From: Escherichia coli
GTDB lineage: Bacteria > Pseudomonadota > Gammaproteobacteria > Enterobacterales > Enterobacteriaceae
Length of the DNA: 64,000 nucleotides
Reading direction: 5' to 3' (one strand)
NCBI RefSeq assembly: GCF_003334335.1
Contig: NZ_QOWQ01000015.1
The position numbers were made by a program, and so were the translations under genes. How positions within the stretch are numbered: position 1 is the first letter of the stretch; the number at the start of each line of letters is the position of its first letter. The notes beneath the pieces are model-generated. The model made no database searches. It worked only from the letters and a program-made list of their open reading frames with translations, and was not told the DNA's origin. Shown piece after piece: positions 42,049 to 52,724 of the stretch.

Positions 42049-45000
42049 TTACACCTTTTCCACATTCACAAGGAAGGACTTAAACTCCGGCGTCTGCGTG
42101 TTCGCATCACCAACGAATGGCGTTAAAGTATTGGCAATAAAGCCTTTTTTAGCTACGCCTTCATAGCCCCAGTGAATCGGAATACCGATGGTATCGATAT
42201 CTTTGCCGTTCGCTTTCAGCGTGCGAATACGTTTGGTCACCACCGCTTTGGCTTTGATATAGCCACGGTTGGAGGAGACTTTCACGGTATCGCCCTGGGC
42301 AATGCCAAGTTTATTCGCCAGCGACTCCCCGATTTCCACAAACTGCTCTGGCTGCAAAATCGCGTTCAACAGCGCGTGTTTGGTCCAGTAGTGGAAGTGC
42401 TCGGTCAGACGATAGGTGGTTCCGACATACGGGAACTTATCGGCTTTACCCAATGCTTCGGCGTCGTCTTTAAAGATACGTGCAGCCGGGTTCGAGATAA
42501 CGTTTGGATGCAGCGGGTTAGTTCCCAGCGGCGTTTCAAACGGCTCGTAGTGTTCCGGGAACGGACCTTCCGCCATCTTATCGAGGGCAAACAGACGCCC
42601 CATGCCTTCCTGCTGCATGATAAACGGCCCGACGCCGCTACCCGGAGGCGCTGCGCTGTAGTCCGGAATATCCCAGCCGGTCCACTTAGTGCCGTCCCAT
42701 TTCAGCAACTGACGCTTCGGATCCCACGGGTTACCCTGCGGATCTGCGGAGGCGCGGTTATACAGAATGCGGCGGTTAAGCGGCCATGCCCATGCCCAGC
42801 CCAGCGTGTTACCGAGGCCAGACGGATCGGCGTTATCACGGCGTGCCATCTGGTTGCCTTCCGGCGTCCAGCTACCGGCGAAAATCCAGCAGCCACAGGA
42901 GGTTGTACCGTCATCGCGCAATTGGGCGAACGAACTAAGTTGTTGGCCTTTCTTGACGATAACCGCACCGGTTGCCGGATCGGTAATATCGGCCAGCGCC
43001 TTACCGTTGCTCTCCATCGCCACTTCTTCTGAAGATGGCTCATGCGGAATGGCGTAGTTCCATGTCATGTTCAGCACCTGGTCCGGGTTCGCGCCACCCT
43101 GTTCGGCATACATCTTGCGCAAGCGCAGGAAGATACCGGAGAGGATCTCGCCGTCAGTCAGCGCAATCCCCGGGGCGTCCGCACCTTTCCAGTGCCACTG
43201 TAACCAGCGACCTGAGTTAACGATAGAACCGTTCTCTTCCGCGAAGCAGGTCGATGGCAGACGGAACACTTCGGTCTGGATCTTCGACGAGTCAACTTCG
43301 TTCAGCTCACCGTGGTTCTGCCAGAAGTTAGAGGTTTCAGTGTTCAGTGGGTCGATGGTGACGAGGAACTTCAGTTTCGACAGACAACCGATCACTTTGT
43401 TTTTGTTCGGGAATGAGGCAACAGGGTTAAAGCCCTGGCAGATATAGCCATTGACCTTGCCCTCTTTCATCATCTCGAAGTATTGCAGGACGTCGTAGCC
43501 TTTATCCCACTTCGGCAACCAGTCAAAGCCCCAGCTATTTTCCGCCGTCGCTTTATCACCAAAGAAGGCCTTCATCATAGAGACGAAGAATTTCGGGTAG
43601 TTGCCCCAGTAGTTTACCTGGCCTTCCAGCAGCGGTTTTGGCGTGTTGGCGGTAAGGTAGGTTTGCAGATCGGTCTGCTTCTCGCTTGGCAGCGTCATGT
43701 AACCTGGCAGGCTCTGCGACAGCAGCCCCAGGTCCGTCAGCCCCTGAATATTGGAGTGACCGCGCAGGGCGTTAACGCCGCCGCCTGCCATCCCCATATT
43801 GCCGAGCAGCAGCTGGATCATCGCCATCGTACGAATGTTTTGCGCACCAACGGAGTGTTGCGTCCAGCCGAGGGCATACAGGAACGAGGCAGTTTTATCG
43901 TGAGCACTGGTTTCTGCGATGTATTCGCAGACTTTCAGGAACGCGTCTTTTGGCGTACCACAGATGTTTTCAACCACATCTGGCGTGTAGCGGGAAACGT
44001 GCTGTTTCAGCAAGTTCCACACGCAGCGCGGATGTTGCAGCGTGGTATCGCGTTTGGCGAAGCCGTTTTCGTCCAGTTCATAAGTCCAGGAGGATTTATC
44101 GTACTTGCGTTTTTCCGCGTCGTAGCCGGTGAACAGGCCATCTTCAAAGCCGTAATCCTCACGCACGATCAGGCTGGCGTTGGTATAGGCTTCGGTGTAT
44201 TCGCGGTTGAATTTTTCATTGTTCAGCAGGTACAGCAATACGCCTGACAGGAAAGCAATGTCAGTACCGGAACGAATAGGGGCATAGTAGTCAGCTACCG
44301 CCGCCGTACGCGTAAAGCGAGGATCGATCACAATCAGCTTCGCGCCGTTGTGAATTTTGGCTTCCATCGCCCAGCGGAACCCGACCGGGTGAGCTTCAGC
44401 GGCGTTACCGCCCATCACCACGACGAGGTTGGCGTTCTTGATGTCGACCCAGTGGTTGGTCATCGCACCGCGACCAAATGTTGGAGCAAGACTTGCTACC
44501 GTTGGTCCGTGTCAGACACGCGCCTGGTTGTCGACCGCGAGCATACCCAGCGCGCGGGAGAATTTTTGCGTTAAATAGCCGGTTTCGTTACTCGACGCGG
44601 AAGCACACAGCATCCCGGTGGAGAGCCAGCGGTTAACAGTCACGCCTTCGGCGTTTTGCGCAATGTAGTTAGCATCGCGGTCTTCTTTCATCAGTTTGGC
44701 GATGCGATCAAACGCCTCTTCCCAACTGATTTGCTGCCATTTATCAGAACCTGGCGCACGGTATTCCGGAAACTTCAGACGGCTTTCGGAGTGGATGAAA
44801 TCCACCAGGCCAGCGCCTTTCGGACAAAGTGCACCGCGGTTGACCGGGTGATCCGGATCGCCTTCGATATGGAAGATAGATGCTTTGGCGTTTTTTGCTC
44901 CGTCACCGAGGCTGTACATCAACAGCCCACAGCCTACGGAACAATAGGTGCAGGTATTACGGGTTTCGCGGGTGCGCAGCAGTTTATACTGCCGGGTTTC

Positions 45001-45099
45001 CGCGAGTGCTACGCTGGGTGCAAAACCCAGTGCCGCTGCCGTGGTGCCTGCCATACCGCCAGCGCAGATCTTAAAGAACTGCCTTCTGCTGACCTGCAT
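42049..45099 (-). CDS. fdoG: Formate dehydrogenase-O catalytic subunit, selenocysteine-containing (in-frame TGA at 44512-44514 read as Sec)
   Basis: ORF-track fragments 44512..45099 and 42049..44463 are in the same frame, separated only by TGA; the joined 1016-aa product reads ...VDNQARV-U-HGPTVASLAPTFGRGAMTNHW...; N-terminal Tat signal MQVSRRQFFKICAGG... Confidence 0.95.
44467..44514 (-). promoter_or_regulatory. Selenocysteine recoding site (UGA) with downstream SECIS-like hairpin in fdoG mRNA
   Basis: TGA codon (+ strand tca, 44512-44514) followed on the mRNA by CACGGACCAACGGUAGCAAGUCUUGCUCCAACAUUUGGUCG, which can form a stem-loop; position matches bacterial SECIS placement. Confidence 0.8.
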
Positions 45100-45292
45100 G
45101 GATTGCTCCTTGTTTCGACATTGTCACGTCCCATTTACATTCGCTTGCTGCGTGTGCAGGGAGTGGGAGTTATTTTTCTTTGCGGAAGGGGCCGCAAAGG
45201 TCCAGAATTGGCTCAATTTCCCTCCATCCAGGAAGGGTTTGTAACAGAATACCATAATGTTGGTGTGTGTGTTCTTATCTGGTTAAGAGAAA

Positions 45293-46126
45293 GTGAAAAA
45301 AACACAGCGAAAAGAAATCGAAAATGTGACAAATATCACAGGTGTTCGTCAAATTGAGTTATGGCGGCGTGATGATTTACAACACCCACGGTTAGATGAG
45401 GTCGCGGAAGAAGTTCCCGTTGCGCTGGTCTACAACGGCATTTCGCATGTGGTGATGATGGCGTCGCCCAAAGACCTTGAGTACTTTGCGCTCGGTTTTT
45501 CGCTTTCCGAGGGGATTATCGAAAGTCCGCGCGATATCTTCGGCATGGATGTCGTTCCTTCCTGTAATGGTCTTGAAGTACAAATTGAGCTTTCCAGCCG
45601 CCGCTTTATGGGGTTGAAGGAGCGCCGCCGGGCGCTGGCGGGACGTACGGGCTGTGGCGTATGCGGCGTGGAGCAACTTAATGACATCGGAAAACCGGTG
45701 CAGCCGCTACCGTTCACCCAGACGTTTGATCTCAACAAACTGGATGATGCATTACGTCATCTCAACGATTTTCAGCCAGTGGGGCAACTGACTGGTTGTA
45801 CTCACGCCGCTGCCTGGATGTTGCCATCTGGCGAACTGGTCGGCGGGCATGAAGACGTGGGTCGCCATGTGGCGCTGGACAAACTGTTAGGCCGCCGGTC
45901 ACAAGAAGGGGAAAGCTGGCAGCAAGGTGCGGTACTGGTTTCCAGTCGTGCCAGTTATGAAATGGTGCAAAAGTCGGCGATGTGCGGCGTAGAGATTTTG
46001 TTTGCGGTGTCTGCCGCGACCACGCTTGCTGTAGAAGTGGCTGAGCGCTGTAATCTGACACTGGTAGGTTTTTGTAAACCGGGTCGGGCAACGGTTTATA
46101 CCCATCCGCAGCGTTTGAGCAATTAA
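45293..46126 (+). CDS. fdhD: Sulfurtransferase FdhD (formate dehydrogenase maturation)
   Basis: 277-aa ORF with GTG start at 45293; conserved GCGVCG motif; divergent from fdoG. Confidence 0.93.
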
Positions 46127-46129
46127 TTA

Positions 46130-46168
46130 AAATAAGTCCTGCGAAATATATTAAATTGCAGGACTTAT
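46130..46168 (+). terminator. Terminator hairpin after fdhD
   Basis: Inverted repeat aataagtcctgc ... gcaggacttatt followed by a T-rich stretch. Confidence 0.65.
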
Positions 46169-46278
46169 TCATTTCGTGAATTTTATTATTTTATTTATAA
46201 ACAAAATGCGTGTAGTGGCGTTTTCTTTTTTCATTTATTATGTTCACTCTCTTATCTATATATTTATAAGGCAATTAA

Positions 46279-47334
46279 ATGAAAAGGAATTTATTATCTT
46301 CCGCTATTATAGTCGCCATCATGTCCCTCGGTCTGACGGGTTGTGATGATAAAAAAGCCGAAACAGAAACGCTCCCGCCTGCCAATAGTCAACCTGCCGC
46401 ACCAGCTCCTGAAGCGAAACCTACTGAAGCTCCCGTTGCAAAAGCAGAAGCTAAACCTGAAACACCTGCGCAACCGGTGGTCGATGAACAAGCGGTTTTC
46501 GACGAAAAAATGGATGTCTATATCAAGTGCTACAACAAGTTACAGATCCCGGTACAGCGCAGTCTGGCGCGTTATGCTGACTGGCTGAAAGATTTTAAAC
46601 AGGGGCCTACCGGTGAAGAGCGTACTGTTTATGGCATCTACGGCATTAGTGAATCCAACCTCGCTGAGTGTGAAAAAGGCGTAAAAAGTGCTGTGGCGTT
46701 AACGCCTGCGCTGCAACCAATTGATGGCGTGGCGGTGAGTTATATCGATGCTGCCGTGGCGTTGGGTAATACCATTAACGAAATGGATAAATATTACACC
46801 CAGGAAAATTATAAAGACGATGCGTTTGCGAAAGGGAAAACGCTGCACCAGACATTCTTAAAAAATCTGGAAGCCTTTGAACCTGTAGCCGAATCTTATC
46901 ATGCGGCGATTCAGGAAATTAATGATAAGCGTCAGCTTGCGGAACTGAAAAATATTGAAGAAAGAGAAGGGAAAACATTCCACTACTACTCTCTGGCAGT
47001 CATGATTTCAGCGAAACAAATTAATAACCTGATATCGCAAGATAAGTTTGATGCAGAAGCGGCAATGAAGAAAGTGTCTGAACTGGAAACGCTAGTGGCG
47101 CAGGCCAAAGAAGCGGATAAAGGCGGCATGAATTTCTCGTTTATTAATTCGGCAGGCCAGTATCAACTCGAGGCTAAAAAATACGTTCGCCGCATCAGAG
47201 ATAAAGTCCCGTACTCTGACTGGGATAAAGAGCAACTTCAGGACGCAAACTCAAGCTGGATGGTCGAAGACTCTTTCCCGAGAGCATTACGCGAGTACAA
47301 CGAAATGGTTGATGACTATAATAGCCTGCGTTAA
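46279..47334 (+). CDS. yiiG: DUF3829 lipoprotein YiiG
   Basis: 351-aa ORF; lipoprotein signal with lipobox LTGC (MKRNLLSSAIIVAIMSLGLTGCDD); Pro/Ala-rich linker. Confidence 0.9.
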   Translation: MKRNLLSSAIIVAIMSLGLTGCDDKKAETETLPPANSQPAAPAPEAKPTEAPVAKAEAKPETPAQPVVDEQAVFDEKMDVYIKCYNKLQIPVQRSLARYADWLKDFKQGPTGEERTVYGIYGISESNLAECEKGVKSAVALTPALQPIDGVAVSYIDAAVALGNTINEMDKYYTQENYKDDAFAKGKTLHQTFLKNLEAFEPVAESYHAAIQEINDKRQLAELKNIEEREGKTFHYYSLAVMISAKQINNLISQDKFDAEAAMKKVSELETLVAQAKEADKGGMNFSFINSAGQYQLEAKKYVRRIRDKVPYSDWDKEQLQDANSSWMVEDSFPRALREYNEMVDDYNSLR

Positions 47335-47354
47335 ACGTTTTTGATGATAAATGC

Positions 47355-47380
47355 AGTGTCGGATGCGGCGCATCCGACAC
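47355..47380. terminator. Bidirectional terminator hairpin between convergent yiiG and frvR
   Basis: Inverted repeat gtgtcggatgcg gcg catccgacac. Confidence 0.6.
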
Positions 47381-47383
47381 AGT

Positions 47384-49132
47384 TCACCCCTTGTGAAGTA
47401 ACTCCATAAATGCCTCATATCCTGTTAACCCGGCAATAATCTCCGCCGGATGCTGACACAATATGCTTGCCAGATAGCTAAATATTTTTAGCTCATGACG
47501 CGCATCGGCGGCGGCGCAGGCGATCAAGACATGGTTAATGACTTCGTTATTCACCTCAACTGGTTGGGCGAGGGTAATAAAAAATCCACGAAAACGTCGC
47601 TCCTGTTCGCTCCAGCAATGTGGGATGGCGAGGCGATTAACAATCAGGTTTTCACCTTCGCCTTCGCGGGCGATGATGCGTTGTGCTTCATCGGCGGTAA
47701 TATGGTGTTGTGCGACTAATTGCGCACAAATTTGCCGGGTAATATGTTGCCAGCTTTCACCGCGTACATTCGAATAATGAAAACTTCCGGGGGCAGAGAA
47801 AAAACGCTCCGGCTGTTGGCGAATAAATGCCGTCGCCAGAAAATGTTTTATTTGTTCGATACCGGCAGCCGTAATGATATTTTTTACGGTGATGTAATTA
47901 TTTACCGCGTCATCCAGTAAATAATGGCTGTTGTTAATGATCAATAACGGCTCAATCTCTTCGCGAATGGCAACAAGTTCGCTTAAGCTACGGGCAATAA
48001 TTACCCGACAATTTAAAACATCGCGCTCAATGGCGAGCTGATTAATAGTGGCAATCGCGTTCTGGTCCGAGAGCAAAATGATCGGCTGGCGTTCGTTTTG
48101 ATGCCGCTCCAGCGCACAGGCAAAATACAAACCGATCAGATCGCTGTCGAAAAGGGGAATATCGAGCTGTTCACGCAGTAGCGTAATAAAGTGCAGACTC
48201 ATATCAAAGGCCGCAGGCCAGGCGGCTTTCAGGTTATTCATGCTGCTCTGGCGGTGCTCAGCAATCCACACTGGTGCGGCAAGGCAACGTAATAAATGCC
48301 CGGTAATATTCTCAACCAGCTGCGCATCAATAATATTCAATGACGCGATGCCCGGCACCCTTTGCAGCAACCCCTGCACATTATCGGCTGAAATTACCTG
48401 CGCTTGCTGATGCTGTTTCTCTATCAAACCCGTCAGGGTTCTTACAGCGTTATCACCAAGAAACAGACCGCTATGTTCAACGATTTGTTTTATCTCGTCA
48501 CCGGGATATTGCGGCCACTCATCGGTCAGTTGATTACGCAGGGCGTAAATCGCCAGAATCAGGCTGGAGAGATAATCACCCTGCATGAGCGGCCAGCGGT
48601 GTTGGTTGTCGCAGGCCGTGGATAAATGCTGAAGGTTGTCTCGTGTTATGCCCGCCAGCGGAATTAAAAACGGATCTTTGCGCAGCAAGTTCGCCAGCAA
48701 GATAACGCGTTTCTCTTCTGTCTCATCAATGAAATGGCCCAAACCAGGGCGGCTGGCCAGGCAACAAGTGCGTTCATAACGCTGTTTTAACCGGGGCAGA
48801 CGCTCTGCTACCCACGTTTCTGGCAAATTAAGCGCCGAGGCGAGTTGCGCACGGGGAGTGAAAGTATTCAGTAATAACAGCGCCAGCAGCCGATCGTCGT
48901 TATCGTGCTTTTGCAGCAACTGAAAAAAGCTGCGGCGCTCGAAGATTTCCAGCTGATAGCCCGCACTGCCACTGGCGAAAATGCGGGCTTTGCCGTTAAG
49001 GGTGAAGTTGAGATAGTCAATATCACGCAGGATGGTCCTGCCTGAAACGCCAGTCTGTTGCGCCAGCTCGCCAGGCGTGCGCGGCTGTTGCTCCAGCAGA
49101 TCGACAATCTTTAACTGGCGTTCGTTTAGCAT
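47384..49132 (-). CDS. frvR: Putative frv operon regulator FrvR (HTH + PRD/PTS-regulatory-like domains)
   Basis: 582-aa ORF; N-terminal HTH region (GRTILRDIDYLN); recognised by recall; start codon overlaps frvX stop by 1 nt. Confidence 0.9.
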   Translation of the reverse strand: MLNERQLKIVDLLEQQPRTPGELAQQTGVSGRTILRDIDYLNFTLNGKARIFASGSAGYQLEIFERRSFFQLLQKHDNDDRLLALLLLNTFTPRAQLASALNLPETWVAERLPRLKQRYERTCCLASRPGLGHFIDETEEKRVILLANLLRKDPFLIPLAGITRDNLQHLSTACDNQHRWPLMQGDYLSSLILAIYALRNQLTDEWPQYPGDEIKQIVEHSGLFLGDNAVRTLTGLIEKQHQQAQVISADNVQGLLQRVPGIASLNIIDAQLVENITGHLLRCLAAPVWIAEHRQSSMNNLKAAWPAAFDMSLHFITLLREQLDIPLFDSDLIGLYFACALERHQNERQPIILLSDQNAIATINQLAIERDVLNCRVIIARSLSELVAIREEIEPLLIINNSHYLLDDAVNNYITVKNIITAAGIEQIKHFLATAFIRQQPERFFSAPGSFHYSNVRGESWQHITRQICAQLVAQHHITADEAQRIIAREGEGENLIVNRLAIPHCWSEQERRFRGFFITLAQPVEVNNEVINHVLIACAAADARHELKIFSYLASILCQHPAEIIAGLTGYEAFMELLHKG

Positions 49133-50202
49133 TAATCCACCTGACGGAACTGGCTAAACGCGTTGACTTTCTCCGCAGTTAAGGTCGTCAGAAAACCCCG
49201 TATCAGCGTGAGCAGAGCTTCGTAATCGGCTTTTGAAATCATACCGCTGTTGGCGTGCAGATAACGAGTTGGCAGACACAGCGCGACAACCGGACGCCCG
49301 CCGCCCATCACGTTGTAGCGCCCGCCATCCGTCGCACCGGTTTTCATGGTGGAAAATTGCAGCGGTAAATCGTTATGTGCGGCACAGCTTTTTAACGCTG
49401 CTACCAGTTTCTGGTTGGGGAAGTAGCGCTTGTCAAACAGCATCAGCCCCGGCCCCTGGCCCAGTTTCAGCGGGTATTTAATGTTATCAATGCCCGGAAC
49501 ATCGCCCGCTACGGCGGTATCCAACACGATCACGACGTCCGGTTTAATGTGTTCCGCCGAGGTTTGCGCCCCGCGTAGCCCAACTTCTTCTTCCACACTG
49601 CCAACGCCATACAGCGTAATTTCGGGATTATTCACCGTCTGCAATAGTTCAGCCATCATTGCGCAGCCGATGCGGTTATCCAACGCCTTGCCGACCACTT
49701 TATCTTCGCCCCAGCAAGCAAAATTGGCTTCCGGGCTAATAAAATTACCAATTTCCACGCCGCGCTTTTCCACCTCTTCGCGACTGTTCGCGCCAATATC
49801 AATGAACATCTCATCAAATGACAGCGGTTGTTGCTTTTGCTTTTCCGTTAACGCATGAGGCGCGACGGAACCAATCACACCAGGGATTTTCACTCCCTTG
49901 TGTGTGCGTATGGTTACCCGGTGGTTGAGCATCGACTGATTCCACCAGCCGCCAATGGTGGTAAAACGCAGAAAACCGCTCTCGTCGATGTGGGTGACCA
50001 TAAAGCCGACTTCATCCATATGTCCGACAACGGCAACTTTTGGACCTTTATTCCCCTTACGGGCAACAAAGCTGCCCAGACCATCGAAGGTGATTTCATT
50101 CACGCAAGGTTCCAGCGTGTTTATCAGAATGTCGCGAACTTCCTGTTCATCGCCGCTGACGGCGCTGGCTTCGCACAACTGTTGCAGTAACTCAATGTTC
50201 AT
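49132..50202 (-). CDS. frvX: M42-family metallopeptidase-like protein FrvX
   Basis: Start placed at ATG 50202 (MNIELLQQ..., 356 aa), 7 nt after AGGAG; ORF-track start is an upstream TTG; recognised by recall. Confidence 0.9.
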   Translation of the reverse strand: MNIELLQQLCEASAVSGDEQEVRDILINTLEPCVNEITFDGLGSFVARKGNKGPKVAVVGHMDEVGFMVTHIDESGFLRFTTIGGWWNQSMLNHRVTIRTHKGVKIPGVIGSVAPHALTEKQKQQPLSFDEMFIDIGANSREEVEKRGVEIGNFISPEANFACWGEDKVVGKALDNRIGCAMMAELLQTVNNPEITLYGVGSVEEEVGLRGAQTSAEHIKPDVVIVLDTAVAGDVPGIDNIKYPLKLGQGPGLMLFDKRYFPNQKLVAALKSCAAHNDLPLQFSTMKTGATDGGRYNVMGGGRPVVALCLPTRYLHANSGMISKADYEALLTLIRGFLTTLTAEKVNAFSQFRQVD

Positions 50203-51643
50203 GGACAAGCTCCTGTTGCGCGGCTTTCGCTTTGCGGCGTAACCACAATCCTTTCAGGACGATAATGAATGAAATGTTCAGCGCGAGGCCAATCGCCAGC
50301 ACCAGATAAAACGAACCCACCGGCGACATCAGGCCGATCAGCGGGTCAAAGATACCCAAACCAGGTGCCAGACGTTTGATTCCGAAAGCGATCACCAGCA
50401 CGCCGGTAATGCCGCCCGCCAGCGTATTGGCGGTAATCATCGGCAACGGAGCTGCCAGAGCGTAAGGAATAGCCGGTTCGGTTGCGACTGTGGCACCGAC
50501 CACAATGGCACTACTGGCAGCCTCTTTTTCCTGTCGGGTAAACAGTTTGGGCGCAATGAACGTCGCAAGACCCGCCGCGACGGGCGGCATCAGCGCGACA
50601 ACGCCGACGATGGCGTACCAGTCATAAATGTGTTTTTCCAGCAGTGAGAAGCAGAAGAACCAGGCGGTTTTATTGATGGGGCCGCCCATATCGAACGCCA
50701 GCATCGCACCGACCAGAAACGCTGCCGCAAACTTCATTGATGGAGGAATGGTATTCAGGAAGTGGAGCAGCCCGCCCATGAGGTCGGACATCACCGGCCC
50801 GATAACGTAGTAAGTGAGCACGCCGAAAACCAGCAGAGTAACGAACGGGATCAGCATTGAACCGAGCAGCGGTTGTAATGCTTTGCCAAGGCGCACTTTG
50901 CGGAACCAGAAGACGAAATAGCCAATCGCCAGCCCCAGCACCACCGCGCCGAGGAATCCCGCACCCGACTGGGTGCCGAGCAGCGCTTTGTCGTTCGCCA
51001 GATAGCAAACCAGAAACGCCGGAGCGAAAGCCGGTTTATCGGCAATCGACGAGGCAATATAAGCGCCCATGATGGGGATCATAAAGGTGAAGCCAAGGTA
51101 ACCGATGGATTCAACTACCCAGGTAAACGACGGCGCGCCTTTCGACATATCGGTATACGGCAAACCGAACTGCACCAGCATGTTGGCAAGCGCCACCAGG
51201 ATACCACCGCCGATGACAAACGGCAGCGCCGCAGAGACGCCCGCCATCAGGTGGCTCATCACGCTACCGCTTTGCACTTCCTGTTTGCCAAGCTTCACGC
51301 CGCTATCTGCGGCAAAAAGCTGCGAGTTTGTCGGTAATTCGCTGAAAATCTGGTCGATATTTTTCAACGCCTGGGAGATGGCAATCTCATAAACTTTCTT
51401 CCCGGCAAACCGCGCGCGATCATCACCGCTCAGGCCACGCCCGGTAGCGAGAATGACGTAATCGGCAGCGGCAATCTCTTCGCTGGATAAGCGGTTTTCA
51501 ACGCCACTGGACCCTTGAGTTTCCACTTTTATGGTATGACCGAGAGAACGGGCTTTCTGTTCCAGGGCTTCCGCCACCATGTAGGTGTGAGCGATCCCGG
51601 CGGGGCAGTTGGTGATCGCGACAATACGTAAGGATGACTCCAT
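50192..51643 (-). CDS. frvB: PTS fructose-like enzyme IIBC component FrvB
   Basis: Start placed at ATG 51643 (MESSLRIVAITNCPAG..., 483 aa); IIB active-site Cys in NCPAG context followed by polytopic IIC domain. Confidence 0.9.
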   Translation of the reverse strand: MESSLRIVAITNCPAGIAHTYMVAEALEQKARSLGHTIKVETQGSSGVENRLSSEEIAAADYVILATGRGLSGDDRARFAGKKVYEIAISQALKNIDQIFSELPTNSQLFAADSGVKLGKQEVQSGSVMSHLMAGVSAALPFVIGGGILVALANMLVQFGLPYTDMSKGAPSFTWVVESIGYLGFTFMIPIMGAYIASSIADKPAFAPAFLVCYLANDKALLGTQSGAGFLGAVVLGLAIGYFVFWFRKVRLGKALQPLLGSMLIPFVTLLVFGVLTYYVIGPVMSDLMGGLLHFLNTIPPSMKFAAAFLVGAMLAFDMGGPINKTAWFFCFSLLEKHIYDWYAIVGVVALMPPVAAGLATFIAPKLFTRQEKEAASSAIVVGATVATEPAIPYALAAPLPMITANTLAGGITGVLVIAFGIKRLAPGLGIFDPLIGLMSPVGSFYLVLAIGLALNISFIIVLKGLWLRRKAKAAQQELVHEH

Positions 51644-51653
51644 CGCCACTTCC

Positions 51654-52100
51654 TTATGAGCTGAGGGTTTGATTTAACAAGGCAAGCACCTGGTCGGTAT
51701 CGCCCTGTTGCAGTTGATGAATAAATTCCTTGTGAATAATTTTGCGACACAGTGTGCCGATGATTTTGACCTGATCCTCTTCGCCGCTTTGCGGCACGCC
51801 GAGGCAGATCCAGCAATTGACGTCTTCGCCATCGCTGGCTTTCCAGTCAATAGCCTGCGCTTTGCGGGCGAATAATACGAACGGTTGTTTAACGCAGGCG
51901 CTTTTACCGTGCGGCACGGCGACACCGGAACCAAATCCAGTAGAGTGCATTTTTTCGCGCAGCAGCAGGGTTTGCAGGAACTGGTGTGAGTCGGTGATAA
52001 AACCGTTTTGTAACGCTATTGTCGCCAACTGCTTCAGAACGGAATAAGCGCCATTGCCCTGAATATTCAGGTCAATACAGCTTGCAGTAAGAGCTGCCAT
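51654..52100 (-). CDS. frvA: PTS fructose-like enzyme IIA component FrvA
   Basis: 148-aa ORF; EIIA(Fru/Mtl) family with conserved His (GVAVPHG); recognised by recall. Confidence 0.92.
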   Translation of the reverse strand: MAALTASCIDLNIQGNGAYSVLKQLATIALQNGFITDSHQFLQTLLLREKMHSTGFGSGVAVPHGKSACVKQPFVLFARKAQAIDWKASDGEDVNCWICLGVPQSGEEDQVKIIGTLCRKIIHKEFIHQLQQGDTDQVLALLNQTLSS

Positions 52101-52400
52101 TAATCGGACTCCATAAAATATATTTTAATCAATTGTAATGGTGGAGCGATTAAGTGATGAGAGGCGATATGTCGGTAAACAATGACAATTTGAGACAGAG
52201 TGAAAGGTCAGATTTGCGGAGTAATGCACATAATGGTTATTTAAATAAACCACATGAATCATTAATGGGTTATTCATTATTTTTGTGATTTACTCACAAT
52301 GTATCAGGGAAATATAACTTACCGGGAGATGTAATATGTTTAATTTTTCAAATCGAAATTTAAAATATTGTGCCGGAGGCATCTCTGGCACATTGGGCAA

Positions 52401-52715
52401 TTACGGCAGGTAAAACACTTCTTGCAGCTCGCTACTCACCGGGCTGTTATCCGGGTTAGCGGGCATAACATCGGTCATATATTTCCACCAACGTTGGCAA
52501 ACATCAGTGCTGGCAACCGCATTCCAGCGTTCTTCAGATTCAATCTCTACCATGGCAAACAGCAGATTACGCGCTTTGTCGAGATAGATGGCGTAGTTAT
52601 GCGCACCGTGAGATTTCAGCACTGCTTCCAGTTCTGGCCAGATGGGATTATGCCGACGCTGATACTCTTCGTGGGCGTCGGGGTTTACCTGCATGACAAA
52701 GGCTTTGCGGATCAT
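52401..52715 (-). CDS. rhaM: L-rhamnose mutarotase
   Basis: 104-aa ORF; recognised by recall ([30 protein letters not shown]...). Confidence 0.95.
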
Positions 52716-52724
52716 GTTTGCTCC

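Noticed and set aside
42172-45357. Several + strand ORFs (42172..43032, 43483..44247, 44656..45357 and smaller)
   Set aside because: All lie antisense to the fdoG coding region and are GC-rich third-position artefacts; the minus-strand gene is unambiguous.
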